Counted from the first letter of the stretch, positions 7,701 through 21,184 are shown. The stretch: DNA of 33,004 nt from Welwitschia mirabilis (GCA_051453625.1 JBOZIK010000001.1:33806264-33839267); one strand, 5' to 3'. The notes: generated by a model not told the origin, from the letters alone. Translations and numbers: made by a program.

Positions 7701-10700
7701 TTTTTGCTTATCATTAGTGTAGTGGGATCTCAGTGAACCAACAATTAACATGTATACTTAACTTTTTGTTAAAGAACTAAATGAATGAATGAGCTTGCGT
7801 TTTTCACTATTATTTTTTGAGTATATCTCTTAATCGTATTTTAACTTTTTAACTTAAAAACTAATTTTTTTAACTATTTCTAGACAACAAAGATTTTAAA
7901 AACTACATGTTTTCTTATTCTTTGGTTTTCCTTGTAATAGTTTGTGCTTCTAGTTAATGTTATAAACAAAGCTTTCATAAGGAATATTCTCTTTCTTTAG
8001 GAAATTAACTTTGAGAATTGCTATTACTGTTGATATTTTTAATATACACATTATTTATAATTATTTAAATATTATTATCCTTTTAATGAACATAAATGGC
8101 TTTGTATGAGTGGTGGATTATATTTGCTCCCATTTTCATGTAATCACTTCCACGTAGCCAAAAATTTGTAATCATGTAACTCAATTTGTAAGTGCCTAAT
8201 CCAAATTTTAGATACGTAATAGATAAAACACTGAATATAATTAATGTTTGGATAATCTCTTTTCTCTTGATCTTTTGCCAAGATATAAGAATGATTATGA
8301 ACTATAAAGGTGGAGAAATGATGCTTAAACACATGAGACATGAAAGTTGAGATCTTTAATACAATGATAACAGATTTGAAGAATCAGCCTAGAAAATTAG
8401 ATTCTTACTCCTCCACTAGTTAGGAAATAGAAGCTCAATTTTCCACTTAGAATGTTTTGCAAAATAACTTTGAAAAATGTTCTTATTTGCAAATACCTAT
8501 AATCTTTCCATCAAAATTTAGCAGGTAAAATATACTTTACTTGAATATTAGACTATGTCATTAAGGTAACAAAAAGGAAGTCATTTTAATGCACATAGTA
8601 AGATTTGAATCATATCTATTAAATATATCACATGGAAAAATGGATGAATATTTGTTCTAATTAAGCAGTTAGGTCTTCTATCATGTATTTCAAAACTAGT
8701 CATGTAGTAATCAAATTATTCTAGCATTAGCACTATAGAATTGAGAATTTATTCATGTTAAAAATTTGATGAATCATTTTTAGAAATTTAGCCTCCTTGA
8801 ACTTAATTTTACTTTTGTATTTGCTAATGCATTTTCTTTTTTCTTTAGATCCTATTTTCCTCCTTGATATTAGAAGCATCAATCTCATTAACATTTTACT
8901 TATATTTCATGAATGTGAGATTTAATTAATTGATTTTTTACCATCTATTTCTATGTAATTTGTTTAATCATCATATGAATCATGTATAGTTACAAGAAAC
9001 TTCAAGCTTTTAATTCCTCTATCTTATAAGCATTAAACCTAAAGATAAATTCTCTTAATGTATTTTTTATTTATAAGACATGAAAAACCAACATAAATAA
9101 TGTTACACTTCCCTCTCTGTTGTAGCTAAAATATATCTTCAAATTTATTGTTCCTTGTTTCTATGCAAACTTCCATTACTAAAGACATTTTGCCTAGGTT
9201 AAAGTTATATTTATCAAATTTAATTAAAATTACTTTAGAGAATTATTTTGTCAAATCTTATTTTGTTTAAAGAGTTATGTAGGTATTTAGATTTGTTTGA
9301 AGACTTGTTAAGGTCTTTAGATCTAATTGAGAACTTGTCCAGATATACAAATCTACTCAGATACTTTTCCTCTACTGAGGTTATCAATTTTAATTCAAAA
9401 TCATTAAGGTTATGGTTTTAACAACTCTTTATGCAAATTCTTTAAAATAATTCTTAGAAATAAGAAAACAATAACAAAAGAAGAGATTGGTTTAGAGGTA
9501 GAACACTTCTTTTTTTCTTTTGGAGTAGTAAAAGTGCTCAAACAATGGTAATGATTTTAATTTTAAAGGTTGAATGGGATATGATGGTTTTAAGGAGAAG
9601 GGGAAAAAAGTCATCTAGAAATTTTTGTAGAAGGTTTATGCAAATGAAATTTTTATCAAATGATATGAAAAAAAATCACAAGAAAGGTCTATAAAAGATT
9701 ACAAAATTAGAGATAAAGATTAAAACCTCATACAAGTCTCATGAGCTCTAAAAGAAGAGTAAACATATTGGATATGGTGTTTTGAAAATTAGACTTATGG
9801 TTTGAAAACCCTAAAGATTACAAAACAAAAATGTAAAAAGGCATTAGATCTGCTATTAGTCAGAGTTCTAAAAAGAGAAAATGAAAATTCTTACTTAGGA
9901 ATTCTAAAGCTCCTAAAAGGGAAAAAAAATGAATGTCATAAAGAAGCTCATTCTTAAAGCATGTAGGATACATAAAAAGGAAGATAAGATATTAAGGAAT
10001 TATTACTACGCAAAATGATATTACCTTTAGGAAAAATAAAAACTCTAATAGAAATCTAGATAAGTGTGCTTGCCCGTAAAATTAAATTCTATCATTTAAA
10101 ATGAAGAGTAAAAATAAAATACTATTTTTGAAATATCATTTTAGGGTTTTTCTTAATCTTGCTCATAGAAGTTTTTTCAACATTTGAGATCAAAGATTAG
10201 GCTAGGGTTCTTAAAACTCTTAACGGATTATTTCCTCTTTTCATGCCTTTGCAAGTCTTTGCATGATCTTGAATGCTAGTTTACATGCTTAGATCTAGGG
10301 TTTTACTTAGATTTATTTGTAGGTTTTTGCATTTATCAAGTTCTTTTTGGTTAAACATGTTTATGAGTTCTCTTATTTTTACAAGTCTATTTGCAATTAT
10401 TTACATGCCTTTATCTTTACACATAGTTTATTTGAACTTTAGTTAGAGCCTTATGCATGAATTTAGAAGTTACAATTACAATCACACATTTTGAAACCTA
10501 TAGCTATAATATAGTAGAAATGATTTTGCCCTAGTACTGACATTTGTTTTCATGTTGTATTGTGGATTCTTAGAGTTTGTTAATGATGTATCTTAGATTA
10601 TAATCAAACCAATGATGATGTGTCTTAGATTATAACTAGACTAATCAAGAAGAGTTGTTGATTATTTGGGCATTCTAATCCAAACTCTGGTTATTTTCTA

Positions 10701-11658
10701 TTTAATTTATTTTAGTTCTAAGAGATTTAATATTCTATCTCTTTGAATATATTTATAACATTGCTCTAACTACTTTTGTTTTCTTAGAAACATCTTGAAA
10801 AGGCATCCTAGGTTAATATTATCTTTTTAAAACTTTTTAGTATCCTGATAACTATGAACTTAGTTGATTATTTTTAGATCATGTCTTTCTGCTTCCTTTA
10901 TTTTGATGGCTATCATTGTTTATTTATTTATTCTTAGAATATTAAAGATGAAAAGAGAGGTGCCTTTAATTATTCATCTTCTTTACTAATATTTACATAA
11001 GTATAAAAGTATCTGTTTAAAAATGTGAAATATGTAATATATAGATCTAATGTAAGAGATATTTAAAACCTTGTACTAATTCATGCATTTATTCTGCTTC
11101 CCATTCTTCACTTACGACTACTTTAGGAAGTCTCTAAACTAGCTATTTTGTGTAATAGATGTTGAATCCTTCTTCTTCATCATGTGTTGTGATTACCATC
11201 AGTGAAACAATCATTATGTTTATAGTTAATGGAAATATTAATAGAAGTTAAAGGGATTTTCTTTCATAAAAATACTAAGAGAATTGCTTAAGATACCATC
11301 ATTTCCACTAAAAGTTCTCTACAAGCTAATAAGTAAGTGGTTCAAAATTGAAGAATCTTAACAATCCCTTCTTAAGAGTAATATTATCAAAACCCCTATT
11401 TCAAACTGGATACACCTTTAGCAATTTGTGGTCTAAACCTTATTAAAGATTATAGCCTTAAAGTATTTAGAGAGGTATTCCCTGATGATATTTTAATGGT
11501 TGTGCTTCAACAAGATTCTCTTGATTTTTCTACTTTTATTCATGCTTTGTAAAACACAGAATCTAGCACTACAACAATGATGTTATAGTCTCTCAGTAGT
11601 GGATTTTGTAGATGTTTTACTAACTTTAGTAGAAAATAAGTGTCATTAGCATGGAATT

Positions 11659-12086
11659 TGACAAGAATCATCCATTTTAGATGTTTTTGGGAATTGGTAG
11701 ATGATATAAAATTACAAAATCTCGAAAATATTTTATAAAGGATATATGTCCCTTTTGTTGTAGTTTCTTTATATTGTAATTATTATTTAGAAAGGAGATG
11801 AAGAGAAGTTTAAGGGGCTCTCTACAAAATATAGATAGATGTCTAGATTCATTGAATTTATGGTTTTATTTAGGGGTTGATTACTTGTTTNNNNNNNNNN
11901 AATGTTAATAAAAAGGCATTGCCTATTATTTTACCCAAGTTTGGTAAAGAACTAGAAATCACTTTGCATTTTTTATCTTTTATTTTAATGACTTTTAATA
12001 TTTGGATTTACAAACCATTCTTTATATCTCTCTACTATGTTGCTCTGTTATGTGACTCTGTAGTAACTTTTCTTGTGGTTACATCA
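11659..12086 (+). repeat. 5' LTR of the TRIM-like element
   Basis: Colinear similarity with 13154-13589 along its length (CATTTTAGATGTTTT, TTATAAAGGAT, AATATTTGGA, TTATGTGACTCTGTAGTA); followed by a perfect tRNA-iMet PBS. Confidence 0.85.
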
Positions 12087-12596
12087 AATGGTATCAGAGC
12101 TAGAAAATATCATGGAAGAAAGCCAACTAAGGAAGATCTACTTATTAAAGGAGAAAAGTAAGTCTTGATGAAAGGAAACCTTTTTNNNNNNNNNNNNNNN
12201 NNNNNNNNNNNNNNNNNNNNNNNNNNNNNNNNNNNNNNNNNNNNNNNNNNNNNNNNNNNNNNNNNNNNNNNNNNNNNNNNNNNNNNNNNNNNNNNNNNNN
12301 NNNNNNNNNNNNNNNNNNNNNNNNNNNNNNNNNNNNNNNNNNNNNNNNNNNNNNNNNNNNNNNNNNNNNNNNNNNNNNNNNNNNNNNNNNNNNNNNNNNN
12401 NNNNNNNNNNNNNNNNNNNNNNNNNNNNNNNNNNNNNNNNNNNNNNNNNNNNNNNNNNNNNNNNNNNNNNNNNNNNNNNNNNNNNNNNNNNNNNNNNNNN
12501 NNNNNNNNNNNNNNNNNNNNNNNNNNNNNNNNNNNNNNNNNNNNNNNNNNNNNNNNNNNNNNNNNNNNNNNNNNNNNNNNNNNNNNNNNNNNNNNN

Positions 12597-12835
12597 TGTA
12601 GGGGTTGATTACTTGTTTATCAAGAAATCTTATGTATAAATTAAAACCAAATGTTAATAAAAAGGCATTGCCTATTCTTTTACCCAAGTTTGATAAAGAA
12701 CTAGAAATCACTTTGCATTTTTTATCTTTTAATTTAATGAATTTTAATATTTGGATTTACAAACCATTCTTTATATCTCTCTACTGTGTTGCTCTGTTGT
12801 GTGACTCTGTAGTAACTTTTCTTGTGGTTACATCA
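12597..12835 (+). repeat. Middle LTR copy (visible 3' half), nearly identical to the 5' LTR
   Basis: Only scattered substitutions relative to about 11871-12086; followed by its own PBS and a repeat of the first ~100 nt of the interior. Confidence 0.8.
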
Positions 12836-13153
12836 AATGGTATCAGAGTTAGAAAAGATCATGGAAGAAAGCCAACTAAGGAAGATATACTTATTAAAGG
12901 AGAAAAGTAAGTCTTGATGAAAGGAAACCTTTTTGGCTTAGAGAGATAATAGGATAGGTCATAAAAGCATAAAGTTCATCTTATATCTATTGACACAAAG
13001 ATCATGGAAGATAGACTAGCAAAGAGGATCCAATATGAGGTGAAGGATATAGTGGTCTACAAGAAGACCCTGCCTCCATATGTATGATTGTATTATCAGT
13101 GTGGCATGACTTCTTTTCATCCAATAATAAACTCATTTTCAAGAGAGGGCATT

Positions 13154-13589
13154 TGACACAATAGCATTCATTTTAGATGTTTTTCAAAATTGATAGATGA
13201 TATAGAAGTTGTATAGTCTCAAAGAAAATGTTATAAAGGATGTGCAGCCCTTGTATTATAATTATTATCTAGAAATAAAATGTAGGGAAGCCTATGGGGC
13301 TTTCTATGAAACATAAAAAGATGTATAGTTCATTAAATATAGGGTTTTATTATGGGATTAATTACATATTTACTAAGAAAGCTCTTGTATAAATTGAAGC
13401 AAATTATTAATAGAACTGCATTATCCAGTTATTTTTCCTAGTTTGCTAAGGGACTCAAAATCACTTTACATTTCTTATCTTTTATTTTAATGGATTTCAA
13501 TATTTGGACTTAATAATCCCTTCTTTATATCTCTCTATTATCTTACTATGTTATGTGACTCTGTAGTAGCTTTTCTTTTAGCTGCATCA
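13154..13589 (+). repeat. 3' LTR of the TRIM-like element (436 bp)
   Basis: Preceded by the PPT, ends CATCA, followed by the TSD copy; clearly more diverged from the 5' LTR than the middle copy is. Confidence 0.85.
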
Positions 13590-14315
13590 GCATTAAAAAT
13601 GGAATTAATAATGTTTTAGCTATTATCATTATATCTCTTTTACCTTAAAAGGATATTTGCATGGCTATCCATGTCAAAGCACTCAAAAGAAAGATTTCTC
13701 TAGGAAATTTTATATTCTTGATAAGATCTTTGATTCTTCTTCCAATTATCAACATAACACTCTTTATCTTCAATGCAAAAAGTCAAATAAAACCTCATTT
13801 AAAAATATCACTTATTAACTCTTCACGTGTTATCAACTGCACTATTCATGTAGTACTAAATATGATAAGCTACCTTACAAATGAATCCTGACATACTACA
13901 AATATAGTGTAGCATTTTCTATTTATGACCTTATAGGACTAATACTAAATGTGAAGATCCTAGAATTAGTTACCTCTATAATTCATATACTTTAAGCTTT
14001 GGAAGACACCTTAATTTCACCCACTTTCTCTATAAGGCATATTTGCTTCATCTATAATTACATTAAACAACATTCATTATATCTTAAAACATTGAAAAAT
14101 CAAGGTTCATTTTCTCATCTTATTAAGAAGAATGTAGGCAACATAGAAGAGAAAGCTAATACATTAAAATAAACCACTAAAGTAAAACTATATTTTTCAT
14201 ATCTTAATAATTTTGATCTTGCACTATTACTATTACATTTAATGGATGACATTTTATTAGTGACTCCATTATTACCTCTTTCTACATATTCTAGAATTNN
14301 NNNNNNNNNNNNNNN

Positions 14316-16230
14316 AAGAAAAATATTCAACCAAACTTAAAATGGAGATCGACTATTAATAGCTTAGGAACTAAAAATAATAATAGTTTTGCATATTAGA
14401 AGTCAAATATAATCATTTTTTAAGATGCTTTAAGCTTGTAGAACCATTTCCAATTGTTAAAAAAATTAAAATGTATCATAATAATCTTTCATAATAAAAA
14501 ATGAGATTACATAGATTGTTTGGCTTCATAAATCACTAGCAGTTTTCAACTATTCTATGTTCAATTTGATGGAGAAATCAAATAGTACTATAAAAATAAG
14601 TGATGTCTATAGTGATAATAATCTTTTCAATTACAACAATTTGCAATAGATTTCATAACTACTAATTCATCAAATAGTTGGCCATGAATTTTTATTGAAA
14701 CTCTTTTCCTATAAAATTTTTTCTATGTCTTTTTTCAAATGTAACTTAATGCTAGAAATTTTTTTCTTATAGTATGCATGTGTATGTTCTTAGGATTTTT
14801 TTTTACTTTATATTAGCTTTTTTAGACATTTAGATTTTTAGCTTATTAGTAGTTTTTAGGTCATTTTTTTCATTAGTTGTAATTTTAGTTATGTTTTTAG
14901 CTTAGTTTCATAAATGTGCATTTTTTAATAAATTATTAATTATTTACATTGTTTTGTAAGTTTTTAGGTAATTCTTTAACTACCATAAGTATGTAGTTTA
15001 GGTTATATAGAGAGCTATGTCTCTCTTAAGTGGAAATTATCTAAGCATCTCGAGGTCTAAATTCCTATGCATGCCTTGGTAATTAAGGATGTATTAGATA
15101 AAAACTAAAGGCATAGTGGTAGGGTCTACTTTGATTTCATCATCAAGTTAATAAGAAGGCATAATTGTAGTTTATTACCTTTTATTTATCAAATATTGAT
15201 TAGGCATATTCACTTCCTATTTCATAAAGTTGTTCACTCTTAAGAGATATAATAATTTAAGTAAATCTAACACTAATTTAGATTAGTTTCTCTTATATGT
15301 CTTTTTTAACCTTACATGCATAATAAGCGATGTCTTTTAACAACTACTATTTGCTATTACATTATAACTCTATGTTTTTAACTCCATGATTATTATTGAT
15401 GACATAAAAGAATATTATATGATATTAAATCTTACATTTTCATGATGCATGATAACATCTATAAAAATAATTTTACTTTTATACTATATCCACCTTTTTT
15501 CTTTACTCATAAGGCTCATGTTTAGTGATAGACTATATGTAATGATTAATTTCAAAATGGGTATTTCATTTGAGTGAATATTACTCACTCTACTTATGTC
15601 TTTTACATAATGATAAAAGATGAAAATACAAGTGTTTCATATAATTTATTTTATCTATCATAGAAGTTGGAATAATGTTACGTCTTATGCTTAGACATGA
15701 AAATGATTTTATTTAAGCTAGTTCTTGTCTTCAAATATGTATATCAACTACTGAATATGTTATGTTCATAATTTATGTATATTTTATGAATTAGATGTTC
15801 ATAAGAAAATATTTAAATGAGTGCACTAATAAATCCTTTTTAGATTATATGTAGGATAATTCTAGCTTGAAGGGAACCTTAATAATGAATTTAATTAACA
15901 TCAATTATAAAATGGAAAATTATTAAATCTTCAAGTTATATATTGATGATAAACCAAGTTATGATTAAGATACAAAACAATTGTGCATGTTTATTATAGA
16001 ATCACAAAGAATTTTAAAGATAGAATGTGGAAGAAAAATATTCAACCAAACTTAAAATGGAGATCGACTATTAATAGCTTAGGAACTAAAAATAATAATA
16101 GTTTTGCGTATTAGAAGTCAAATATAATCATTTTTTAAGATGCTTTAAGCCTGTAGAACCATTTCCAGTTGTTAAAAAATTAAAATGTATCATAATAATC
16201 TTTCATAATAAAAAATAAGATTTCATAGAT
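14316..16230. repeat. About 200-bp dispersed direct repeat (14316-14516 and 16031-16230)
   Basis: AAGAAAAATATTCAACCAAACTTAAAATGGAGATCGAC...CATAGAT occurs twice with a handful of differences. Confidence 0.9.
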
Positions 16231-16680
16231 GAACAAATGTTTTTTCATATCATGTAAGCTTATAAATCTAAATTTTCATTACATATTATAAAAAGCATAT
16301 TTTATTCTTTTCTGTCCTCTTATAGTTCTTGGACTTTTGTAATTATTATCAAATACATTTATAAGCATCATTATAATGGTATTAAAGGCTAAAAATTATG
16401 ATAAGACATCCTTGCAATGTATTAAAGGCTAATAATAAGTCTTATTCAAGTTTATAGTTGTAAGAAATTAATTAAAAAAATATACTTAGTTATTTTAGTT
16501 CTATTGGATACATTAATTTAATTAGTTATTCCTTTTTTTTCTTGATTTTTATTTTATTTAGATTTTATTATTATCAAATATGATTTATACTTAATTAAAT
16601 TTTTAATGAGTAAAATTTCTCTTAGCTTCCTATTCACCCCTCCCGTTTAAGAAATCTAGCTTAAATAAGAGTTCATCCCA
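15900..16680 (+). repeat. Possible heavily decayed Sirevirus-type LTR
   Basis: ATCAATTATAAAATGGAAAATTATTAAATC...TTGATGATAAAC resembles a decayed PPT/LTR start, and CCTATTCACCCCTCCC near 16629-16644 resembles the C-rich LTR end. Motif-level evidence only. Confidence 0.35.
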
Positions 16681-18359
16681 ATTGATGTAATCATAGATAT
16701 TAATTATATTATTAAAAATATAATATTCTAATTTAGATTATCTTTATTAAGAATTAGTTTTGTAAATCTAGATTTAATTATGTAAAAGGCTTAGTAGAGC
16801 ATAGAACCAATTTCTACTTATACTATATCATAAGATGGTTTAAAATATGTATTAGAAAGATAAGAATAAGAAGTGAATATAAATTTTTAATGAATTAATT
16901 ATGGATTACTTTATTAATAAATAATAATGATGTAATTTTCCTCTTTGAATTACTTCCTAGCTTTTTCCACATATGAACATGTTGTACATCATTAGCATCA
17001 CTAACTTGTTGTGTTATAACTCTTCCATCATTGATAACTCCAATATTTCCATCTTAATATCCTTTACATTCTGTGTGCATCAACAAACTTTTCATAAATC
17101 ATAATTCTCTCTCTTTTGATTAAAATCACAAACTTTGTTTATCATCTAATCTTTAACCTCAGAAAACTATCAATGATTACCTTTAACGTTGATACTTAGG
17201 TTCCCCTTCATGAATTACTTAATCTCCTTGTACACATCATTGGAGTTCTACCATCTTATTTTTATGATTTAAAGCTTAAAGACCCTTTCTTTCATNNNNN
17301 NNNNNNNNNNNNNNNNNNNNNNNNNNNNNNNNNNNNNNNNNNNNNNNNNNNNNNNNNNNNNNNNNNNNNNNNNNNNNNNNNNNNNNNNNNNNNNNTGTAA
17401 TTGTTATCAAATATATTTATAAGTATCATTATAATGGGATTAAAGGCTAAAAATTATGATAAAACATCCTTGCAATGTATTAAAGGCTAATAATAAGTCT
17501 TATTCAAGTTTATAGTTGTAAGAAATTAATTTAAAAAATATACTTAGTTATTTTAGTTCTATTGGATACATTAATTTAATTTGTTATACCTTTTTTTTTT
17601 CTTAATTTGTATTTTATTTAGATTTGATTATTATCAAATATGATTTATACTTAATTAAATTTTTAATGAGCAAAATTTCTCTTAGCTTTCCTATTCACCC
17701 CTCTTGTTTAAGAAATCTAGCTTAAATAAGAGTTCACCCAATTGATGTAATCATAGATATTAATTATATTATTAAAAATATAATATTATAATTTAGATTA
17801 TCTTTATTAAGCATTAGTTTTGTAAATTTAGATTTAATTATGTAAAAGGCTTAGTAGAGCATAAAACCAATTTCTACTTATACTATATCATAAGATGGTT
17901 TAAAATATGTATTTGGAAAGATAAGAATAAGAAGTAAATATAAATTTTTAATGAATTAATTATGAATTACTTTAATTAATAAATAATAATGATGTAATTT
18001 TATTGTTTGAATACTTCCTAGATTTTTCCACATATGAACATGTTGTACATCATTAGCACCACTAACTTCTTGTGTTATAACTCTTCCATCATTGATAGCT
18101 CAAATATTTCAATCATCTTAATATCCTTTACATTCTGTGTGCATCAACAAACTTTCCATAAATCATAATCCTCTCTCTTTTGATTAAAATCACAAACTTT
18201 GTTTATCATCTAATCTTTAACCTCAAAAAACTATCAATGATTACCTTTAACGTTGATACTTAAGTTTCCCTTCATTAATTACTTAACCTCCTTGTACACA
18301 TTGTTGGAGTTCTACCATCTTATTTTTATGATTTAAAGCTTAAAGATCCTTACTTTCAT
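16338..18359. repeat. About 960-bp direct duplication around a 100-N gap (16338-17295 and 17396-18359)
   Basis: Colinear copies with a few percent substitutions and indels, abutting the gap at 17296-17395. Confidence 0.95.
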
Positions 18360-19674
18360 CATGAGGAGTTTAAATCTATGTCTTCCATCATTTCTTATGA
18401 ATCTTACCTCTTATCATGTCATGAGTTTCCTTTAACTTTTAATTCTTATTCTTTATTTTTTCATGAACATTCTTCATTTCATCCTTCAACTTTTAACCAA
18501 TATCTTTAATCTTGAAAAATTTAACAATTCTCTTTAGACTTTTGGAAATACATCCTTATAAGATTTATGATAGTCCAATATCACATGAATACCATATAAC
18601 GAAATCTCAACTAATAAACCTCTTTCACCTTACAAAGACTTGAGATACACTGGCATCAATTAAATAAAATCACCACCCATATTATTAGAATACTTATAAA
18701 ACAATAAGAATAGAAACTTTCTAAATTCCTAGAACCCAATCCTAGGAGTTTTAAAATAAGTAATAATAGTCAAATTAATGAAATCCAAGCCACAGTATTT
18801 AGGGATTAGAACAAAACTAATGATGACCTATTAAAAGATAAGAAATCACTTGATTAGAGCCATATATTTGAGGATGATTCTTTTACCAAATCTTTTGAGA
18901 AGAAGAGAATCAAACAAGAGCCCATGCATGGTCCATCATACATAGAACTATTGCCTTCTTTTGAACATTTTCATTAGCAAAATAGTTCCATATCATCTTT
19001 CTCTCTTGAGTAATATTTAAATATTCATGTAGAAGATAAACTTTCTTTTGACTCATAAGAACTTTCTAATTACCATATGCATATTTTTTTTAATAAGGAC
19101 TCATGTCATTAAGTAACTAGTTACTTACCTTTGTTACTACCTTAAAATAATATCTTGCAAAATTTATTGAAAAAGCATGAGCTAGCTATAGGATGGACAC
19201 TTTTAGCTATCCAATGCATAGACTTTACTATTTACCTTGATGTTCTCTCTATCTTTATAACCATTTGTGTAAAAATTTACATGGATTTTCTTTTATTTCA
19301 TGACTTGTCACCCAATCATATCTTTTATATCCTTGAATTTAATGTCTTTCATACCCAAGAATTACCATTTGTATATCTCTTATGAAACCATCCAAGCATT
19401 ACCATTTGTATAATCATCACCTTAAGCTCTTTTATTTAGGTAATTCCAAATTTTATCCATATCATAGAATAAGCCATTATCATCTTAAATCTTATTACTT
19501 ATCCCTTCCATTATGGTATTATTTCATAATGATTACCAATCACCCATCTCTTCTATCTTAATATGTGTTTATGAGACTTAATGATCTTGGGTAGTGACCT
19601 TTTCATATAAACAAGAGTAAGAGATGTTTGTCATTTCATAGTTTTAGTTGAGATTAATTGGATCCTTTCTTTTT

Positions 19675-19770
19675 AGGAGAAATCCATATTTTTCTTTGAG
19701 TTCTTTTGTTAAAGCTTGCAGTCATTTAATGTGTTTAATTTGGAATTAAGGAAAAAATATGGATTTCCTT
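19675..19770. repeat. Fold-back inverted repeat (about 95 nt)
   Basis: GAAATCCATATTTTT (19679-19693) is the perfect reverse complement of AAAAATATGGATTTC (19753-19767); pairing extends inward and outward with bulges and G-U pairs. Confidence 0.75.
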
Positions 19771-19791
19771 CTTTCATGGTATTTCTTTGTT

Positions 19792-21184
19792 TTAGATCAT
19801 TTATGAGAATGCAATCATTTTTCTATTATAATAATGAGCTAATAACCCCTTTCATGTGCTATAAATATTAAAAAAAGGAAAAAAACAAATAAAAGCAAAG
19901 TAAATTAAGAAAAATATTGCATCTCTTTTATCACATTATTATGATCATTTATATTAGATTTACTAGCACATTATCATGAGTATTTCTATTAGGTCCATTC
20001 AAAAGATAGTAGTGTAAATCAAATGATTTTTTCCAAAGTAATCAAGCCTGGTAAACTAATATAAATGTAATTTATTTATTTACTACCATTTTATTGCATG
20101 CTTAAATGTAAATTAACTTTAAATTTTATGATTTTCTCAAGGATTAGAAATGATTTCTAATCTATATTTGACAAGATCTAATGTAATCAATATGACTAAA
20201 TATTCATAATAGTTGGCTTATAGAAGTAAGTATAGTTTAGAATGGAGATTCATTCCAAAGAATGACCATGTTATATAAACTTAATCGATCTATAAATTTG
20301 AAATTGAATCTAATCATTGTGGGATTCAAAAATGGCTAGTCTTAAAAACTTTAACAAAGAAATAATTTTATTAATAATGACTATAGGTTCTTATCCTTTA
20401 GCATCCTAGTGATTAATGCTTCTATCTAAAAAAAGATAGNNNNNNNNNNNNNNNNNNNNNNNNNNNNNNNNNNNNNNNNNNNNNNNNNNNNNNNNNNNNN
20501 NNNNNNNNNNNNNNNNNNNNNNNNNNNNNNNNNNNNNNNTTAGATCATTTATGAGAATGCAATCATTTTATTATTATAATAATGAGCTAATGACCCCTTT
20601 CATGTGCTATAAATATTTAAAAGAGGAAAATACAAATAAAAGCAAAGTAAATTAAGAAAAATATTGAATCTCTTTTATCACATTATTATGATCATTTCTA
20701 TTAGATTTACTAGCACATTATCATGAGTATTTCTATTAGGTCCATTCACAAGATAGTAGTGTAAATCAGATGATTTTTTCCAAAGTAATCAAGCCTGGTA
20801 AACTAATCTAAATGTGATGTATTTATTTACTACCATTTTATTGCATGCTTAAATGGAATTTAACTTTAAATTTTATGATTTTCTCAAGGATTAGAAATGA
20901 TTTCTGATATAGATTTGACAAGATCTAATGTAATCAATATGGCTAAATATTCATAATAGTTGGCTTATAGAAGTAAGTACAGTTTAGAATGGAGATTCGT
21001 TACAAAGAATGACTATGTTATATAAAATTAATTGATCTATAAATTTGAAATTGAATCTAATCATTGTGGGCTTCAAAAATGGCTAGTTTTAAAAACTTTA
21101 ACAAAGAAATAATTTTTAATAATGACTACAGGTTCTTATCCTTTAGCATCCTAGTGATTAATGCTTCTATCTAAAAAAAGATAG
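19792..21184. repeat. About 650-bp direct duplication around a 100-N gap (19792-20439 and 20540-21184)
   Basis: Colinear near-identical copies abutting the gap at 20440-20539. Confidence 0.95.

Larger units (their letters stand above)
11659..13589 (+). mobile_element. Small non-autonomous LTR retroelement (TRIM-like) with ~440-bp LTRs, a 318-bp non-coding interior and an apparent LTR-I-LTR-I-LTR layout
   Basis: LTRs begin TGACA (11659, 13154) and end CATCA (12086, 12835, 13589). PBS TGGTATCAGAGC at 12089-12100 and TGGTATCAGAGT at 12838-12849. PPT AAGAGAGGG at 13141-13149. Flanks GAATT (11654-11658) and GCATT (13590-13594) form a 5-bp TSD with one mismatch. Confidence 0.85.

Noticed and set aside
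11285..11380. Minus-strand PBS-like TGGTATCTTAAGC and PPT/LTR-like AAGAAGGGAT-TGTTAAG as a possible 5' end of a kinase-carrying element
   Set aside because: Only about 65 bp apart, poor matches, and no similarity to the 5335-5480 LTR.
11877..12910. Duplicated 94 and 101 aa ORFs
   Set aside because: They run through LTR U5 and the PBS, start at TTG, and are not preserved in the 3' LTR.
18050..18260. Minus-strand FEVKD...VCDFNQKR...LWKVC, faintly like a MULE SWIM finger
   Set aside because: Key Cys/His residues are absent and stops are frequent; not supportable without a profile search.
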